Positions 27,256-36,790 are shown, counted from the first letter of the stretch. The stretch: DNA of 57,379 nt from an uncultured Candidatus Saccharibacteria bacterium (GCA_964361095.1 CAYHZA010000001.1:67456-124834), one strand, 5' to 3'. Notes: generated from the letters alone by a model not told the origin. Translations and numbers: made by a program.

Positions 27256-28662
27256 TTATATCTCAATCATAACCGAAATCGGCAGATGATCTGAACCCCT
27301 TGAGTTTCCGACTTTAAACGAACTTGTTTTTATGTCCTTGCTTGTGAAAATGTAATCCAGCCGAGTATCGACTGCTTGCGGATTGCATACGAGGCATCCT
27401 TCGGGATATGCGCTCCACGTTGGAGCGGACGATGGATCGGAATCGACTAAAACGTTCTTCAACATTGTTATTCCTGCGCTTTCAGGAGTTGCGTTAAAAT
27501 CTCCCATCACGATAGTCTGTTGTTCTAGCAATGATTTGAGGAGATTCAAAATTTGGTTTTCTTGCTCACTCGATTGCTGTTGATGTGTATGGATAAGGTG
27601 GGTGCTGAAAACATGCAAAATCTCGTCTCCAATTTCTATATCCGCTCGCACTGCAGCACGGCTATCATTTTTTGATAATATATAGGTTTCAGTTTTACTG
27701 ATCTTATACTTACTAAAAATTGCCGGACCATCATTCCATGTTTTCCCTTCCCATGTTTTTTGGATAGGAGCAAAAACATGTTGATACCCCAAATCCTTTA
27801 AATATCGGATAATATCGCGTCCTGGAGCATCGGCCTGAACTTCTTGCAACCCAATGATATCCGCGTCGGCTGATTTAAGAAATTTTGTAATTTCATCGAA
27901 TTTCCCGTCTACCCAAATATTCCATGAAAGGATCTTGAGTTTCTTTCTCTCCAATTCCGTTATGCACTTCTCATAAAGAAGTTTAAGCCGCCCGTGTTCT
28001 TTTTCTCCGCGCTCGATCAGGGCGAGAAGCTCACCCGCTCCTGTTCCTTCGAGCGCTGTTTTTACTTTTTCTCGAGCTTTCTCCTTTGCCGCGCTTTCAA
28101 GCTGACCCCGTAAGTCGGTCAATTCATTAAATTTTTCTTCCATAAGCTTTTTGATATCAAAACACCGCGAGTCCTCCTTCTTTTCTTTCGCGCTCTTTTT
28201 TGACTTGAACATGTATCCCGCAAATGTTCCGAGAAGTACTGCTCCAACGGCTATTGCGGCAAGGGATAACGGGGTTAAGCCATTATTCTCGGCTGGTGGA
28301 GATGCGGGCGAAGTTGGGGATTGTCCCATGTTTTCTGTCGGTGGGGCAGGCGGTGGAGTGAATTGCGGCGTTGTCGTGTTCTGTGCGGAGCTTGTGCCAG
28401 CAGTGGGGCGGGGCGAAGAGCTTGTGGTTCCCGCAGGTGTTTGTGCGGGGATTGTGGTGTTCGTGGTTGTAGCGCGGGATTGGCTTGTTCCGGAAGTTGC
28501 CTGTGTGGTTGAAGTTGTAACCGAGGTTGTTCCACTTGCGGCTATCCCGCCGGTTGTCGCGGATCCTCCTACTTGCGCGAGTGCCGAAGAAACAAAAAAA
28601 CAGGAAACCGCGAGCGGAAAAATAAGAATTAATTCTAATTTGATTTTGGACCCTCTTTTCAT
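27256..28662 (-). CDS. secreted/anchored endonuclease-exonuclease-phosphatase (EEP) family nuclease with Thr/Ser/Pro-rich linker
   Basis: 468 aa. Signal peptide, low-complexity T/S/P/Q region, TM helix, coiled coil, then an EEP domain (LSWNIW, GLQEV, GSDHLPI). Confidence 0.75.
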   Translation of the reverse strand: MKRGSKIKLELILIFPLAVSCFFVSSALAQVGGSATTGGIAASGTTSVTTSTTQATSGTSQSRATTTNTTIPAQTPAGTTSSSPRPTAGTSSAQNTTTPQFTPPPAPPTENMGQSPTSPASPPAENNGLTPLSLAAIAVGAVLLGTFAGYMFKSKKSAKEKKEDSRCFDIKKLMEEKFNELTDLRGQLESAAKEKAREKVKTALEGTGAGELLALIERGEKEHGRLKLLYEKCITELERKKLKILSWNIWVDGKFDEITKFLKSADADIIGLQEVQADAPGRDIIRYLKDLGYQHVFAPIQKTWEGKTWNDGPAIFSKYKISKTETYILSKNDSRAAVRADIEIGDEILHVFSTHLIHTHQQQSSEQENQILNLLKSLLEQQTIVMGDFNATPESAGITMLKNVLVDSDPSSAPTWSAYPEGCLVCNPQAVDTRLDYIFTSKDIKTSSFKVGNSRGSDHLPISVMIEI

Positions 28663-28907
28663 TTCTTATTTATTAAACTCAATTTTTTTTGTCTTTTCCA
28701 GCTTTTGATTTCGGCTTCGCGGCGGCGTGCCGTTCCGAGCGTTTTAAACTTTTCCGAATACTGTAATGTTACCGGCCGCCTTATCTTTGTGTAGTGCGCG
28801 CCCGATTTTGATTCGTTGTGTTGCTTGAGCCGCTTTTCCAGGTTATTGGTGCAACCGACATAGAGGGATTTGTCGGAACACCGAAGGATATATACAAAAT
28901 AGGCCAC
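28659..28907 (-). CDS. GIY-YIG nuclease-family small protein
   Basis: 82 aa starting YFVYILRCSDKSLYVGCTNNLEKRLKQHN. It overlaps the downstream EEP gene by 4 bp. Confidence 0.8.
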   Translation of the reverse strand: MAYFVYILRCSDKSLYVGCTNNLEKRLKQHNESKSGAHYTKIRRPVTLQYSEKFKTLGTARRREAEIKSWKRQKKLSLINKK

Positions 28908-28940
28908 GAGTTCATTGTATCATCTCGGGATTTCAACTCG

Positions 28941-29036
28941 GATACATTCGCACTGGTGTGCTCAGTACCTCCTCGCCTTCGCTCGACTGATACATTCGCA
29001 CTGGTGTGCTCAGTACCTCCTCGCCTTCGCTCGTCG
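28941..29036. repeat. interspersed 48-bp element, two tandem copies
   Basis: GATACATTCGCACTGGTGTGCTCAGTACCTCCTCGCCTTCGCTCG(ACT/TCG) occurs twice in tandem. Related copies lie at 38387-38518 and, in reverse complement, at 57311-57379. Confidence 0.85.
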
Positions 29037-29047
29037 GCATATATAAA

Positions 29048-32032
29048 TTACAAAAGGCTTTTTCTTAGATCACAGTAGCGGCAATCGGTTTCGCCGCAAA
29101 ATGTATCCCAAAATTTCAGATTTTTTATCTCGTCGGCCACCTCGGTTATCTTTTTTTCGAGAGCGGTAACTTCTTCCGGTTGTATCGTGAAACGTTCTTT
29201 ATGAAGTTTTCCGCTTGCGTCGGGTTCTATGAAATCGATTTCTCCCGAGACCATATTGAATTTGCCCGCCTTATTTAAAAGAAGATTATAGAAGACGAGC
29301 TGACGTTTATAATTTCCGTCGCTATTTTTTGTGGTGCCCTCGATAACATTGCGGCTTTTCGGCTTGCCGGTTTTGTAATCCACGACGTTTACTTCGTTGC
29401 CGTCCCCGAGGAATTCTATTTTATCAAGCTTCCCGTTGATGGTTACGCCCGGCTCCAAGGAAATGCCGGCTACCCGCTGTTCATTAAGGGTTCGTTTCAC
29501 CCAGGAATTATGATAGTAGCCGTAGTAGTTTTCGAGAGCCTTTTTCCCCTTGCCCAGCGCCTCATGAAAATCATTTTCCTCAATCGGTTGGTGGGTGAGC
29601 GCTTCTTCGAATCGTTTCACGAGATAGTCCTTGCCTTTATCTTCTCCTTCGGCAAGGAAGTCGAAGTAGTTTTTAAGAGTCTCATGGACGGCATTTCCGT
29701 ACATCAAATGTTTGTTCGAAGCTTCGGGTATGCGGATAAGGTTCACGTAAAAATAGTGCCATGGACATTCAAGGTAGTTATCGAGAGCCGTTACCGATAG
29801 CCCTTGGGTTTCAAAAAGGCTATTGAGGAATTCTTTATCTTTTATCTCCGGTCGCGGGTTCATGCGTGGGGCGAATTCTATTTCACGATGGGAGGTAAAT
29901 TCTTGCTCGTAATTACCGACGTCGAGAGGGGACAGGATATTCTCTTTAATTTCCTGTATGAACTTGGTTGGCAGTTGTTCTTTCCCGTCGCGTTTTGTTT
30001 TGCTGTATGTCACGAATATTTCTTTTCTTGCCCGAGTAACCGCCACGTAGAACAGGTTTCGTTCATCGTCGTCGTGATGAAGATTTTGCTCTACGACCGC
30101 AAGTGTGCGGTAAATGTTTTTGGGAAGTCGGATATGTTCCGATCGACGATTCGAACCCCACGTGCCGTCGACGGCATTTATAATAAAAACATATTCAAAT
30201 TCTTGTCCCTTGGATTTGTGGGCAGTCATCAGCCTGATCCTTCCCGGCAGTCTCGCGATATCGCCGCTCTTTATGGAAACCTCCTGCTCTTCGATGAGGT
30301 CGAGATATTCAAAAAAATCTTTGAGTGTGTAGCTCTTTTTATGTTCGATCAACGATTTCAAGTGCTCGAAGAGGGAGTGAAGCTTCGCGATTTTTTCCGT
30401 GGACGACGGGTGATTAAGGATTGAAGCGAGGAATCCGGAATCACGGACAATATTTTCGAATGCCTCCGCCGCGCCGCGGTTTTCGGCTTGACGTTTCCAT
30501 TCGGAAATCTTTTCGAATAGATCGGTAAACTTGTTTCTTGATTCTATCCCCGCTTGTTCGAGCAAGGATTCGGATTTGATGACGTTGTACGGATTCATCC
30601 GTTTGTTCGCGGCGCAGTAAGAGAAAAGCCTGTAGATATCGAGAGGAGGAATCTCCAAGAAATCAACATGGAGCAGTTCGAGAAGTTTCGGAGCGGATCC
30701 GAAATGTTGAACGGTTTTCAGCACGCGGAGAAGCTTCTGGATATCTTCGTCTCCCAGAACATCCTGATTCGACTCTATCGTAAAGGGAATGTCTTGTTTT
30801 TCGAGCATATGAGCCAGGGGAGCGGCATCTTTATTTTCGCGAAAAAGAACGGCTATTTCTTCCGGCTTTACCCGGTTCCCAAGGAGTTCTTTGATTTTTT
30901 TCGCGATGAAAAAATATTCTATTTCAGGCGAGGAAAACACGGAAAGAGAAATAGGGGATTCCGGGTGTTCTGATCTTGCGATAAGCGCCGTATCTCGGGG
31001 AGAGATGGCATGGGCGACATCGAGTATCGTTTGCGTGGAGCGGTAATTATTTCGCAAGGGAATAAGCATTACGTTTTTGTAGAGATTTTTGAAGTGGAAG
31101 AAATTTGCGATCGATGCCCCCTGAAATCGAAAGATAGCCTGTTTCTCGTCACCGACAACGAAAAGATTGGGATTCTCGTGGAAACTTGTGAGGAGCTCGA
31201 TAATGCGGTTTTGGGCATCGTTGGTGTCTTGGTGCTCGTCAACCAGAAAATAGAGATAACTTTCTTGGAGTATCAGCCGGAGGTCTTCGTCTTTCTCCAG
31301 GGCGAGCATGACGTACATGATCATGTCGCTATAGTCGTAGCATTTTTCTTTCCTTAGTCGCTCTTCATACTTCCCGTAGATTCCGGCAAACTCCTCGTTT
31401 CTTTCGATATGTTTCAAATCGTCCCTATATTTTCCCTTCATCTTGCCCTTATGCGCCCCCGACTCGTAATAAAGGTCATCGATACCGTCGAAACGCTTTT
31501 TTTCTTTGGAAACAATATCTTTAAACTGGGCCGGCGAGACGCCTTGCTTCTTTAACTCCTCGATAGAATGCAAAATAGGTTTCAGATAATAATATTTGTC
31601 GCCAAAAGGCCTAAGCGTATCCCGAATAGATTCGTTGTTGATAATGTCCCGAAGAATGCGGACCTGATCGATATCGGTGATGCTGGTCGATCCGATGATC
31701 TCGGGGAATCTATCCGGATAGTTTTTGATAACCATATTGGCAAAACCATGAAAGGTGGATATCGTCACTTGGTAAGCCGGCGTGCCGATCAGGTCGGTCA
31801 AGCGTTTTCTCATAGAGGCGACTCCCGACTCGGTAAACGTAAGCGCCAAAATTGCCTCCGGCGGAGTGTCGGTTTTCCCGATTATGTTCGCGATACGCAT
31901 CGTAAGAACCTCTGTTTTTCCGGTTCCCGGGCCGGCGATGACCATGACCGGACCTTCGATGGTATCAACCGCCTTTTTTTGTTCGGGGTTCAGTCGTTTA
32001 TAGGCAAAGAAGAATTTATCCTCGTTGTTCAT
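29048..32032 (-). CDS. UvrD/PcrA-type SF1 helicase fused to a C-terminal PD-(D/E)xK (Cas4/AddB-like, 4-Cys) nuclease
   Basis: 994 aa. Walker A GPGTGKT, DEHQDT and a ...VTRAR motif. C-terminal LECPWHY..., VVDYKTGK and CGETDCRYC. Confidence 0.85.
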   Translation of the reverse strand: MNNEDKFFFAYKRLNPEQKKAVDTIEGPVMVIAGPGTGKTEVLTMRIANIIGKTDTPPEAILALTFTESGVASMRKRLTDLIGTPAYQVTISTFHGFANMVIKNYPDRFPEIIGSTSITDIDQVRILRDIINNESIRDTLRPFGDKYYYLKPILHSIEELKKQGVSPAQFKDIVSKEKKRFDGIDDLYYESGAHKGKMKGKYRDDLKHIERNEEFAGIYGKYEERLRKEKCYDYSDMIMYVMLALEKDEDLRLILQESYLYFLVDEHQDTNDAQNRIIELLTSFHENPNLFVVGDEKQAIFRFQGASIANFFHFKNLYKNVMLIPLRNNYRSTQTILDVAHAISPRDTALIARSEHPESPISLSVFSSPEIEYFFIAKKIKELLGNRVKPEEIAVLFRENKDAAPLAHMLEKQDIPFTIESNQDVLGDEDIQKLLRVLKTVQHFGSAPKLLELLHVDFLEIPPLDIYRLFSYCAANKRMNPYNVIKSESLLEQAGIESRNKFTDLFEKISEWKRQAENRGAAEAFENIVRDSGFLASILNHPSSTEKIAKLHSLFEHLKSLIEHKKSYTLKDFFEYLDLIEEQEVSIKSGDIARLPGRIRLMTAHKSKGQEFEYVFIINAVDGTWGSNRRSEHIRLPKNIYRTLAVVEQNLHHDDDERNLFYVAVTRARKEIFVTYSKTKRDGKEQLPTKFIQEIKENILSPLDVGNYEQEFTSHREIEFAPRMNPRPEIKDKEFLNSLFETQGLSVTALDNYLECPWHYFYVNLIRIPEASNKHLMYGNAVHETLKNYFDFLAEGEDKGKDYLVKRFEEALTHQPIEENDFHEALGKGKKALENYYGYYHNSWVKRTLNEQRVAGISLEPGVTINGKLDKIEFLGDGNEVNVVDYKTGKPKSRNVIEGTTKNSDGNYKRQLVFYNLLLNKAGKFNMVSGEIDFIEPDASGKLHKERFTIQPEEVTALEKKITEVADEIKNLKFWDTFCGETDCRYCDLRKSLL

Positions 32033-32144
32033 AACACTGCTGAGTATAGCTCCTAAGATGAGAAATTGCCGAATTTTTCAATCTCATGCCGTTCTTGGAT
32101 GTAGTAAAAAAGATACAAATCAAGAGAAAACCTGCTGTTTCGAT

Positions 32145-33734
32145 TTAAAGTTTTTTCTTTTGTATTTCCTCTTTGATTTTCGCAACGAGCTCCGGATGAT
32201 AATGTTCATTTATGCGTCCAGAGTTTTCTTTATACATATGGAACCAATCCGGATTGGAGGATCGATATAATTCCGCAACCTTTTTGACCGTTTCCCACGC
32301 ATCTCCTAAGGATTTAGCTAATGGTCCGTTTGTAATCCATCCGGGCGGCGCCTTTTCTACTTCAAAGAATTCCTCTTTGATTTTCGCAATGAGCTCTGGA
32401 TGATAATATTCCCTCTGGTTTCCTCCGTCTGCTTTATACATATGGAACCAATCTGGATTGGAGGATCGATATAATTCCGCAACCTTTTTGACTGCTTCCC
32501 CTGAGTTTCTGTTTCCCATGGATTGAGCCAATGCATTTCTTGTCATCCACAAAGGAGGAGCTTTCTCTATTGCAGAGAATTCTTTTGTGATTTTCGAAAC
32601 GAGCTCTGGATGATAATGTTCATTTATCTGTCCAGAGTTTTTCTTGTACATATGGAACCAATCTGGATTGGAGGATCTGCAAGTTTCCGCGGCATCCTTT
32701 ATTGTTTTCCAATCACTTTGCAAAGATTGAGCTAATGTTTTGTTTGTAATCCATCCGGGCGGAGCTTTTTCTACCTCAGAGAGTTCTTTGGTAATTGACT
32801 CGATGAAGTCTGGGTGGCAATACGTATGTCCTGTTTTACCCACTTGTAAGAAGAGTTCCGGGTGAAGGTGCATCTCTTGTGTAAATCTTTTCTTAACTGT
32901 TCCATGGCTAACGCCAAGCTCACTTGCGATCATTGCAATGGTTTGCCACCCATCTGGAGGTTTTTCGGAGATGGGGACGGGAGGCATTTCAACTTTTTGT
33001 TCCTGTCGAATAAAATCGGAGGTTAACAATTCTTTCACTCTTTCTTCCCACTGTGCCGGATCTCCCGGGTATTTAAGAAAATTAACATCAATCTCCTGGG
33101 ATTTACGTAATTGATTTTTGTCCAGCTTTGTGAATATTTCCCATCCTCCCTCAACTTTTGAGAGATTATGAACAATGTAGGTAGCATTTTTTTCTTCATC
33201 ATTTACCAGCACGGCTTTATCAAGATTAGGGAGAAGAAAAATACGATAGCTCATGCCTCGCATCGTATTAGGGAGATTGGTTCCCTCGACGACATTGTAT
33301 GGCTGGGCGAGTTCAGAGATTACCTCAATAAGATATCGCGTCCGGTTGATTACGCCGGGTTTTGACATTCCTTCGCCGCTTCCGGGAATAATTTCACCCT
33401 GGCCCGGAGGAAGGATGGTTTCTCGCGTAAGAACAAAATTTGTAGGAAGTTCTAAATAGGTGCCGTCTGTGATCTGTTTATTGATAAATTCTTCCACATT
33501 GAATCGAGTTGTTTCTGACTGACCCCGCTTTTTCTCAATAGTGAGGAATTCTTCCGCTCCCATAAGTTTTGCAACTTCATCGAGTGGTGCCCCTGACTGC
33601 AAAAGCTGTTCTAATCTCTCATTTGTGGAACTTTTAAACTTGTCAATTTTGTTGTCCCGAAGATTGAAGGAACTGGAAATTGATTTTTCTGTCATGGATA
33701 AGTGCTGTAATTTAGTGGCTGATTCGTACGGCAA
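32145..33734 (-). CDS. hypothetical protein with four C-terminal tandem ~65-70 aa repeats
   Basis: 529 aa. Repeats EKAPPGW.T...LA.SL......VKKVAELYRSSNPDWFHMYK..(S/G)G...E(H/Y)YHPEL(V/I).KI..E. The first copy is diverged and HTH-like (IASELGVSHGTVKKRF). Confidence 0.7.
   Translation of the reverse strand: MPYESATKLQHLSMTEKSISSSFNLRDNKIDKFKSSTNERLEQLLQSGAPLDEVAKLMGAEEFLTIEKKRGQSETTRFNVEEFINKQITDGTYLELPTNFVLTRETILPPGQGEIIPGSGEGMSKPGVINRTRYLIEVISELAQPYNVVEGTNLPNTMRGMSYRIFLLPNLDKAVLVNDEEKNATYIVHNLSKVEGGWEIFTKLDKNQLRKSQEIDVNFLKYPGDPAQWEERVKELLTSDFIRQEQKVEMPPVPISEKPPDGWQTIAMIASELGVSHGTVKKRFTQEMHLHPELFLQVGKTGHTYCHPDFIESITKELSEVEKAPPGWITNKTLAQSLQSDWKTIKDAAETCRSSNPDWFHMYKKNSGQINEHYHPELVSKITKEFSAIEKAPPLWMTRNALAQSMGNRNSGEAVKKVAELYRSSNPDWFHMYKADGGNQREYYHPELIAKIKEEFFEVEKAPPGWITNGPLAKSLGDAWETVKKVAELYRSSNPDWFHMYKENSGRINEHYHPELVAKIKEEIQKKKL
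32148..32966 (-). repeat. intragenic tandem repeats (4 x about 195-210 bp)
   Basis: Units at roughly 32148-32357, 32358-32567, 32568-32771 and 32772-32966. The three distal copies share long identical DNA runs, for example catatggaaccaatc.ggattggaggatc. Confidence 0.8.
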
Positions 33735-33820
33735 GCTTCAAATGAGGGCATTTATATCAGCGTACCATACGAAGATTTCTAGTAAAACAACATATCTCAG
33801 TCGACGAGGGAGTCGCCGAC

Positions 33821-34330
33821 CTATCCGAATTTCTTCAACATAAAATCCGGCATAAATTTATGGCTTACGTAATAGCGCTGTGTTTTTGGCGGTAGTGTTT
33901 TGAATTGATCGATGATGCCTCTACAATTTTTGCTTCCGCATCTGCACGTACAGGTCCAGAGCCTCATTCCCGCGGCGTTTATTTTTTCCTTGTTGTCATT
34001 CATCGTGGTGGAGTAGTCGTATGTTATCTCCTCTCCTTCCTTTATGTTATGTATCGCGATAAGTTTGTTCTTGCCACGGATAAAAGAATTCGGCTCGCAA
34101 GAGTGATTGAACGTTCTCGGTATCTCCTCCAAATCCAAATATTTTTCGTTGTCGATTCCTAACGGGTCGGACGATCCCTCCTTGCCTGAGCTCACTCTTT
34201 TGAGCATTTCATCCAAAGAGCATAATTCTCCCGTGAGGAAGCAAATGGTTCTGCCTTTTTTAATTTCCTTATTCGCGAAAACACCTTTTCCGGCAATATT
34301 TGATTTTTTTACCACAAAGTACTCGCTCAT
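33821..34330 (-). CDS. SET-domain protein (lysine methyltransferase fold)
   Basis: 169 aa with NHSCEPN, ...GEEITYDY and the post-SET cluster CTCRCGSKNCRG. Confidence 0.75.
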   Translation of the reverse strand: MSEYFVVKKSNIAGKGVFANKEIKKGRTICFLTGELCSLDEMLKRVSSGKEGSSDPLGIDNEKYLDLEEIPRTFNHSCEPNSFIRGKNKLIAIHNIKEGEEITYDYSTTMNDNKEKINAAGMRLWTCTCRCGSKNCRGIIDQFKTLPPKTQRYYVSHKFMPDFMLKKFG

Positions 34331-34376
34331 AATCTAAGATTTTGAGATAAGGTTTTCCGAACGGGTTGCAAGCCGT

Positions 34377-34808
34377 CTAATCGTGCTTCTTTTTCGTTAG
34401 CCGCTGGAGGATCTTTTTTCCCCGAAATTTATACGTAAACATAACCGTGCCGACTCCTATTATATTGTTTGCCAGATCGCCGATGGTGTCGCGCGTGCCC
34501 TGCTGGGCAAGTTCTTTGTGTTTCGGAATGGCGTAGAGCGTGTCTCGGGTGTACTCCATCATCTCCCAAAATGATCCCGCCGCCAAACCCCAAAACACTA
34601 TTTGGAGGACTACGACAAGCCGGAAGCGTTCCAAAGTTTTAAGCTTCGGGTGGAATGAGAGAAGAAAAAGTCCAATAAGGACGCCAAAGACAAAATGCGC
34701 CGGAATATCTACCCAGGGCTTCGTATGATACCAGTTAAAACTCAAGGCAAGTACGTTAAAAATCGTAAGCGCCAAGAGGGTGATTTTTATGGATTTTGAT
34801 AGCCGCAT
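34377..34808 (-). CDS. integral membrane protein (hypothetical)
   Basis: 143 aa with four predicted hydrophobic helices. Confidence 0.5.
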   Translation of the reverse strand: MRLSKSIKITLLALTIFNVLALSFNWYHTKPWVDIPAHFVFGVLIGLFLLSFHPKLKTLERFRLVVVLQIVFWGLAAGSFWEMMEYTRDTLYAIPKHKELAQQGTRDTIGDLANNIIGVGTVMFTYKFRGKKILQRLTKKKHD

Positions 34809-34962
34809 ATGATCAATAATAAGCCTATACCATAATTATAATATAGTCGATTGCTTTTGGAATGGTGGCTTATTAGCTTAGATTTTCCGCGCTGTAACGG
34901 GCAATGAGTCCGGTGCGGATCGCTTTCTTGACGTATATGCTATTGAGGTTAATGATGAACAC

Positions 34963-35451
34963 ATGCGAATTTCCCGAAGAAAATTTGACGAAGGGCCAGT
35001 CGATCTCACGCCCGAAGGCCTAAAGCGTCTGGAAAATCGGCTTCAGCACTTAAAGGAAGCGCTTCCCGATTTCATTTCTGAAGCGCAGCGTACGGCCGCA
35101 TACGGCGATCGCTCCGACAATGCCGAATACAAAGACGCGAAGGGAACTCTCCGGCGTACGTATCGGCAGATTTGGAGCATTGAAGAGCAGCTCAAGCGCG
35201 TAGTTGTGATCAAGAAAGACAAGCACGCTTCGGGAACGGTTCAGCTTGGCTCGACAGTTGTTCTTAAGCAAAAGAGCGGGGTTCAAAGAACATTTGAAAT
35301 CTTAGGCCCGTACGAAACCGATCCCGAAAAAGGGCGCATCTCACATAAATCTCCCCTGGGTGCCGCGCTTATGAATCGCGCGAAGGGGGATACGGTGACA
35401 ATAGAGACACCAAACGGATCTCAAGAATATCACATTCTCGATATCCGGTAA
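34963..35451 (+). CDS. greA: transcription elongation factor GreA
   Basis: 162 aa. N-terminal coiled coil (..GLKRLENRLQHLKE) and a C-terminal ISHKSPLGAALMNRAKGDTV..ETPNG motif. Confidence 0.85.
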   Translation: MRISRRKFDEGPVDLTPEGLKRLENRLQHLKEALPDFISEAQRTAAYGDRSDNAEYKDAKGTLRRTYRQIWSIEEQLKRVVVIKKDKHASGTVQLGSTVVLKQKSGVQRTFEILGPYETDPEKGRISHKSPLGAALMNRAKGDTVTIETPNGSQEYHILDIR

Positions 35452-35483
35452 TCGGTAGCTTCTATCCAGGGACGAATGATGTG

Positions 35484-36716
35484 TTATGCGTTGCTTCCCG
35501 CAACGTATCCGGTCGTCCAGCATAACTGCAACGAATATCCTCCCGAAGGGCGGCTGATGTGGAGGAGATCGCCCGTGACATACAAATTGGCATATCGCTT
35601 CGAGCGCATGGTACGGGTATCTATCTCGTGAAGCGAAAGTCCGCCGTCGGCGACCACCGCGCGGTCATAGCCCATGAGGCCAGTGATGGTGACCGGCAGT
35701 GCTTTCAAAAGATTTACAATCTGCCGCCGCTCGTCTTTCGTAATGCTGTGAACCTTGGTGTGGGGATCGATATTCTCCAAAAGAGACAAGAGGGCATACG
35801 CGGTGCCGACGGGGGCAATGTTACTCCATACGTTCCTTAGAGTTTTATTTTTGTGCGCGTCAAACACGGTGGTGATTCGTTTGTTCAGCGAGCCGATATT
35901 CTCCTGTGGATACACATCGATTCGCGCGGTGACGATCCCTTCGTGTAGTAAGTCGGATATCTTACCGGCAATATTTAAAATGAGAGGGCCGGACAATCCG
36001 AAGTGCGTGCAGAGTATGTCTCCTTTTAAAACAATCTTCCGCGTTTCTTCGAGAAAGAAACTGATGCGTATGTTCGAAAGCGAAATGCCCGAAAGTTTTT
36101 TTACCCACTCATCCTGCACGGCAAGCGGGACAATAGTTGGGGTCGGTTCCTTTACCGCGTGGCCGAGTGTCGTGAGCCACGAGAATCCGTCGCCCGTAGA
36201 ACCGGTTTCCGGATGAGATTTCCCGCCGGTCGCCAAAATAAACGAAGATGCCGTGATATTTTTATGGTCTACGACTACCGCGTCGATACGACCGTTCCGC
36301 GATACGATTCGCTCGACATTCGCCTTGGCGCGCACCTCGACGCCACCTCGCGCCATATAGTTCTCGAGCGCCCGAAACACGTCGATGGCGCGCTCCGTTT
36401 TCGGAAACGCGCGTTTGTGCGCTTGTACGACGAGCGGCAAATCGTGGGATTCGAAAAAGGAAAAAGTTTTTTTGACGCCGAATTGGGAGAAGGGCGAATG
36501 GAGGAACGGCTTTGCTTCGCCATAGTGCGATAGGAGAACTTGCTCGTCCTCTTCGGCGTTCGTGACGTTACAGCGTCCGCCGCCGGTAATCTTAAGTTTC
36601 GCGCCGAGCGCGGCGTTTTTCTCGAGGAGCAATACGCGTCGGCCGCGCTCCGCGGCACGACCGGCAGCCATCATTCCGGAGGCTCCGCCTCCAATAACAA
36701 TAACGTCATAATCCAT
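35484..36716 (-). CDS. HI0933/BaiN-like NAD(P)/FAD-dependent oxidoreductase
   Basis: 410 aa starting YDVIVIGGGASGMMAAGRAAERG (a dinucleotide-binding fold), with GGGRCNVTN. Confidence 0.75.
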   Translation of the reverse strand: MDYDVIVIGGGASGMMAAGRAAERGRRVLLLEKNAALGAKLKITGGGRCNVTNAEEDEQVLLSHYGEAKPFLHSPFSQFGVKKTFSFFESHDLPLVVQAHKRAFPKTERAIDVFRALENYMARGGVEVRAKANVERIVSRNGRIDAVVVDHKNITASSFILATGGKSHPETGSTGDGFSWLTTLGHAVKEPTPTIVPLAVQDEWVKKLSGISLSNIRISFFLEETRKIVLKGDILCTHFGLSGPLILNIAGKISDLLHEGIVTARIDVYPQENIGSLNKRITTVFDAHKNKTLRNVWSNIAPVGTAYALLSLLENIDPHTKVHSITKDERRQIVNLLKALPVTITGLMGYDRAVVADGGLSLHEIDTRTMRSKRYANLYVTGDLLHISRPSGGYSLQLCWTTGYVAGSNA

Positions 36717-36790
36717 TCCCCTATGGTAGCCCTTCCGAGAGGATAAGAGAATGGTGGGGTTTGTTTATTAAAACAGGGGAGTCGTAGCCT

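Noticed and set aside
28151-28708. 185-aa plus-strand ORF, and ORFs at 28275-28535 and 28321-28512
   Set aside because: They are shadow frames of the Thr/Ser/Pro-rich low-complexity region of the EEP nuclease gene on the minus strand.
28941-29036. Possible CRISPR array (short repeats with intervening sequence)
   Set aside because: There are only two units. The would-be spacers are identical to each other and recur at other loci. It is a tandemly duplicated interspersed element, and there are no cas genes.
28818-29078. 86-aa ORF, and the 100-aa ORF at 57075-57377, with the repeated peptide FALV(C/Y)SVPP
   Set aside because: The repeated peptides are simply translations of the 48-bp DNA repeat. 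The ORFs lie in intergenic repeat DNA and overlap gene ends.
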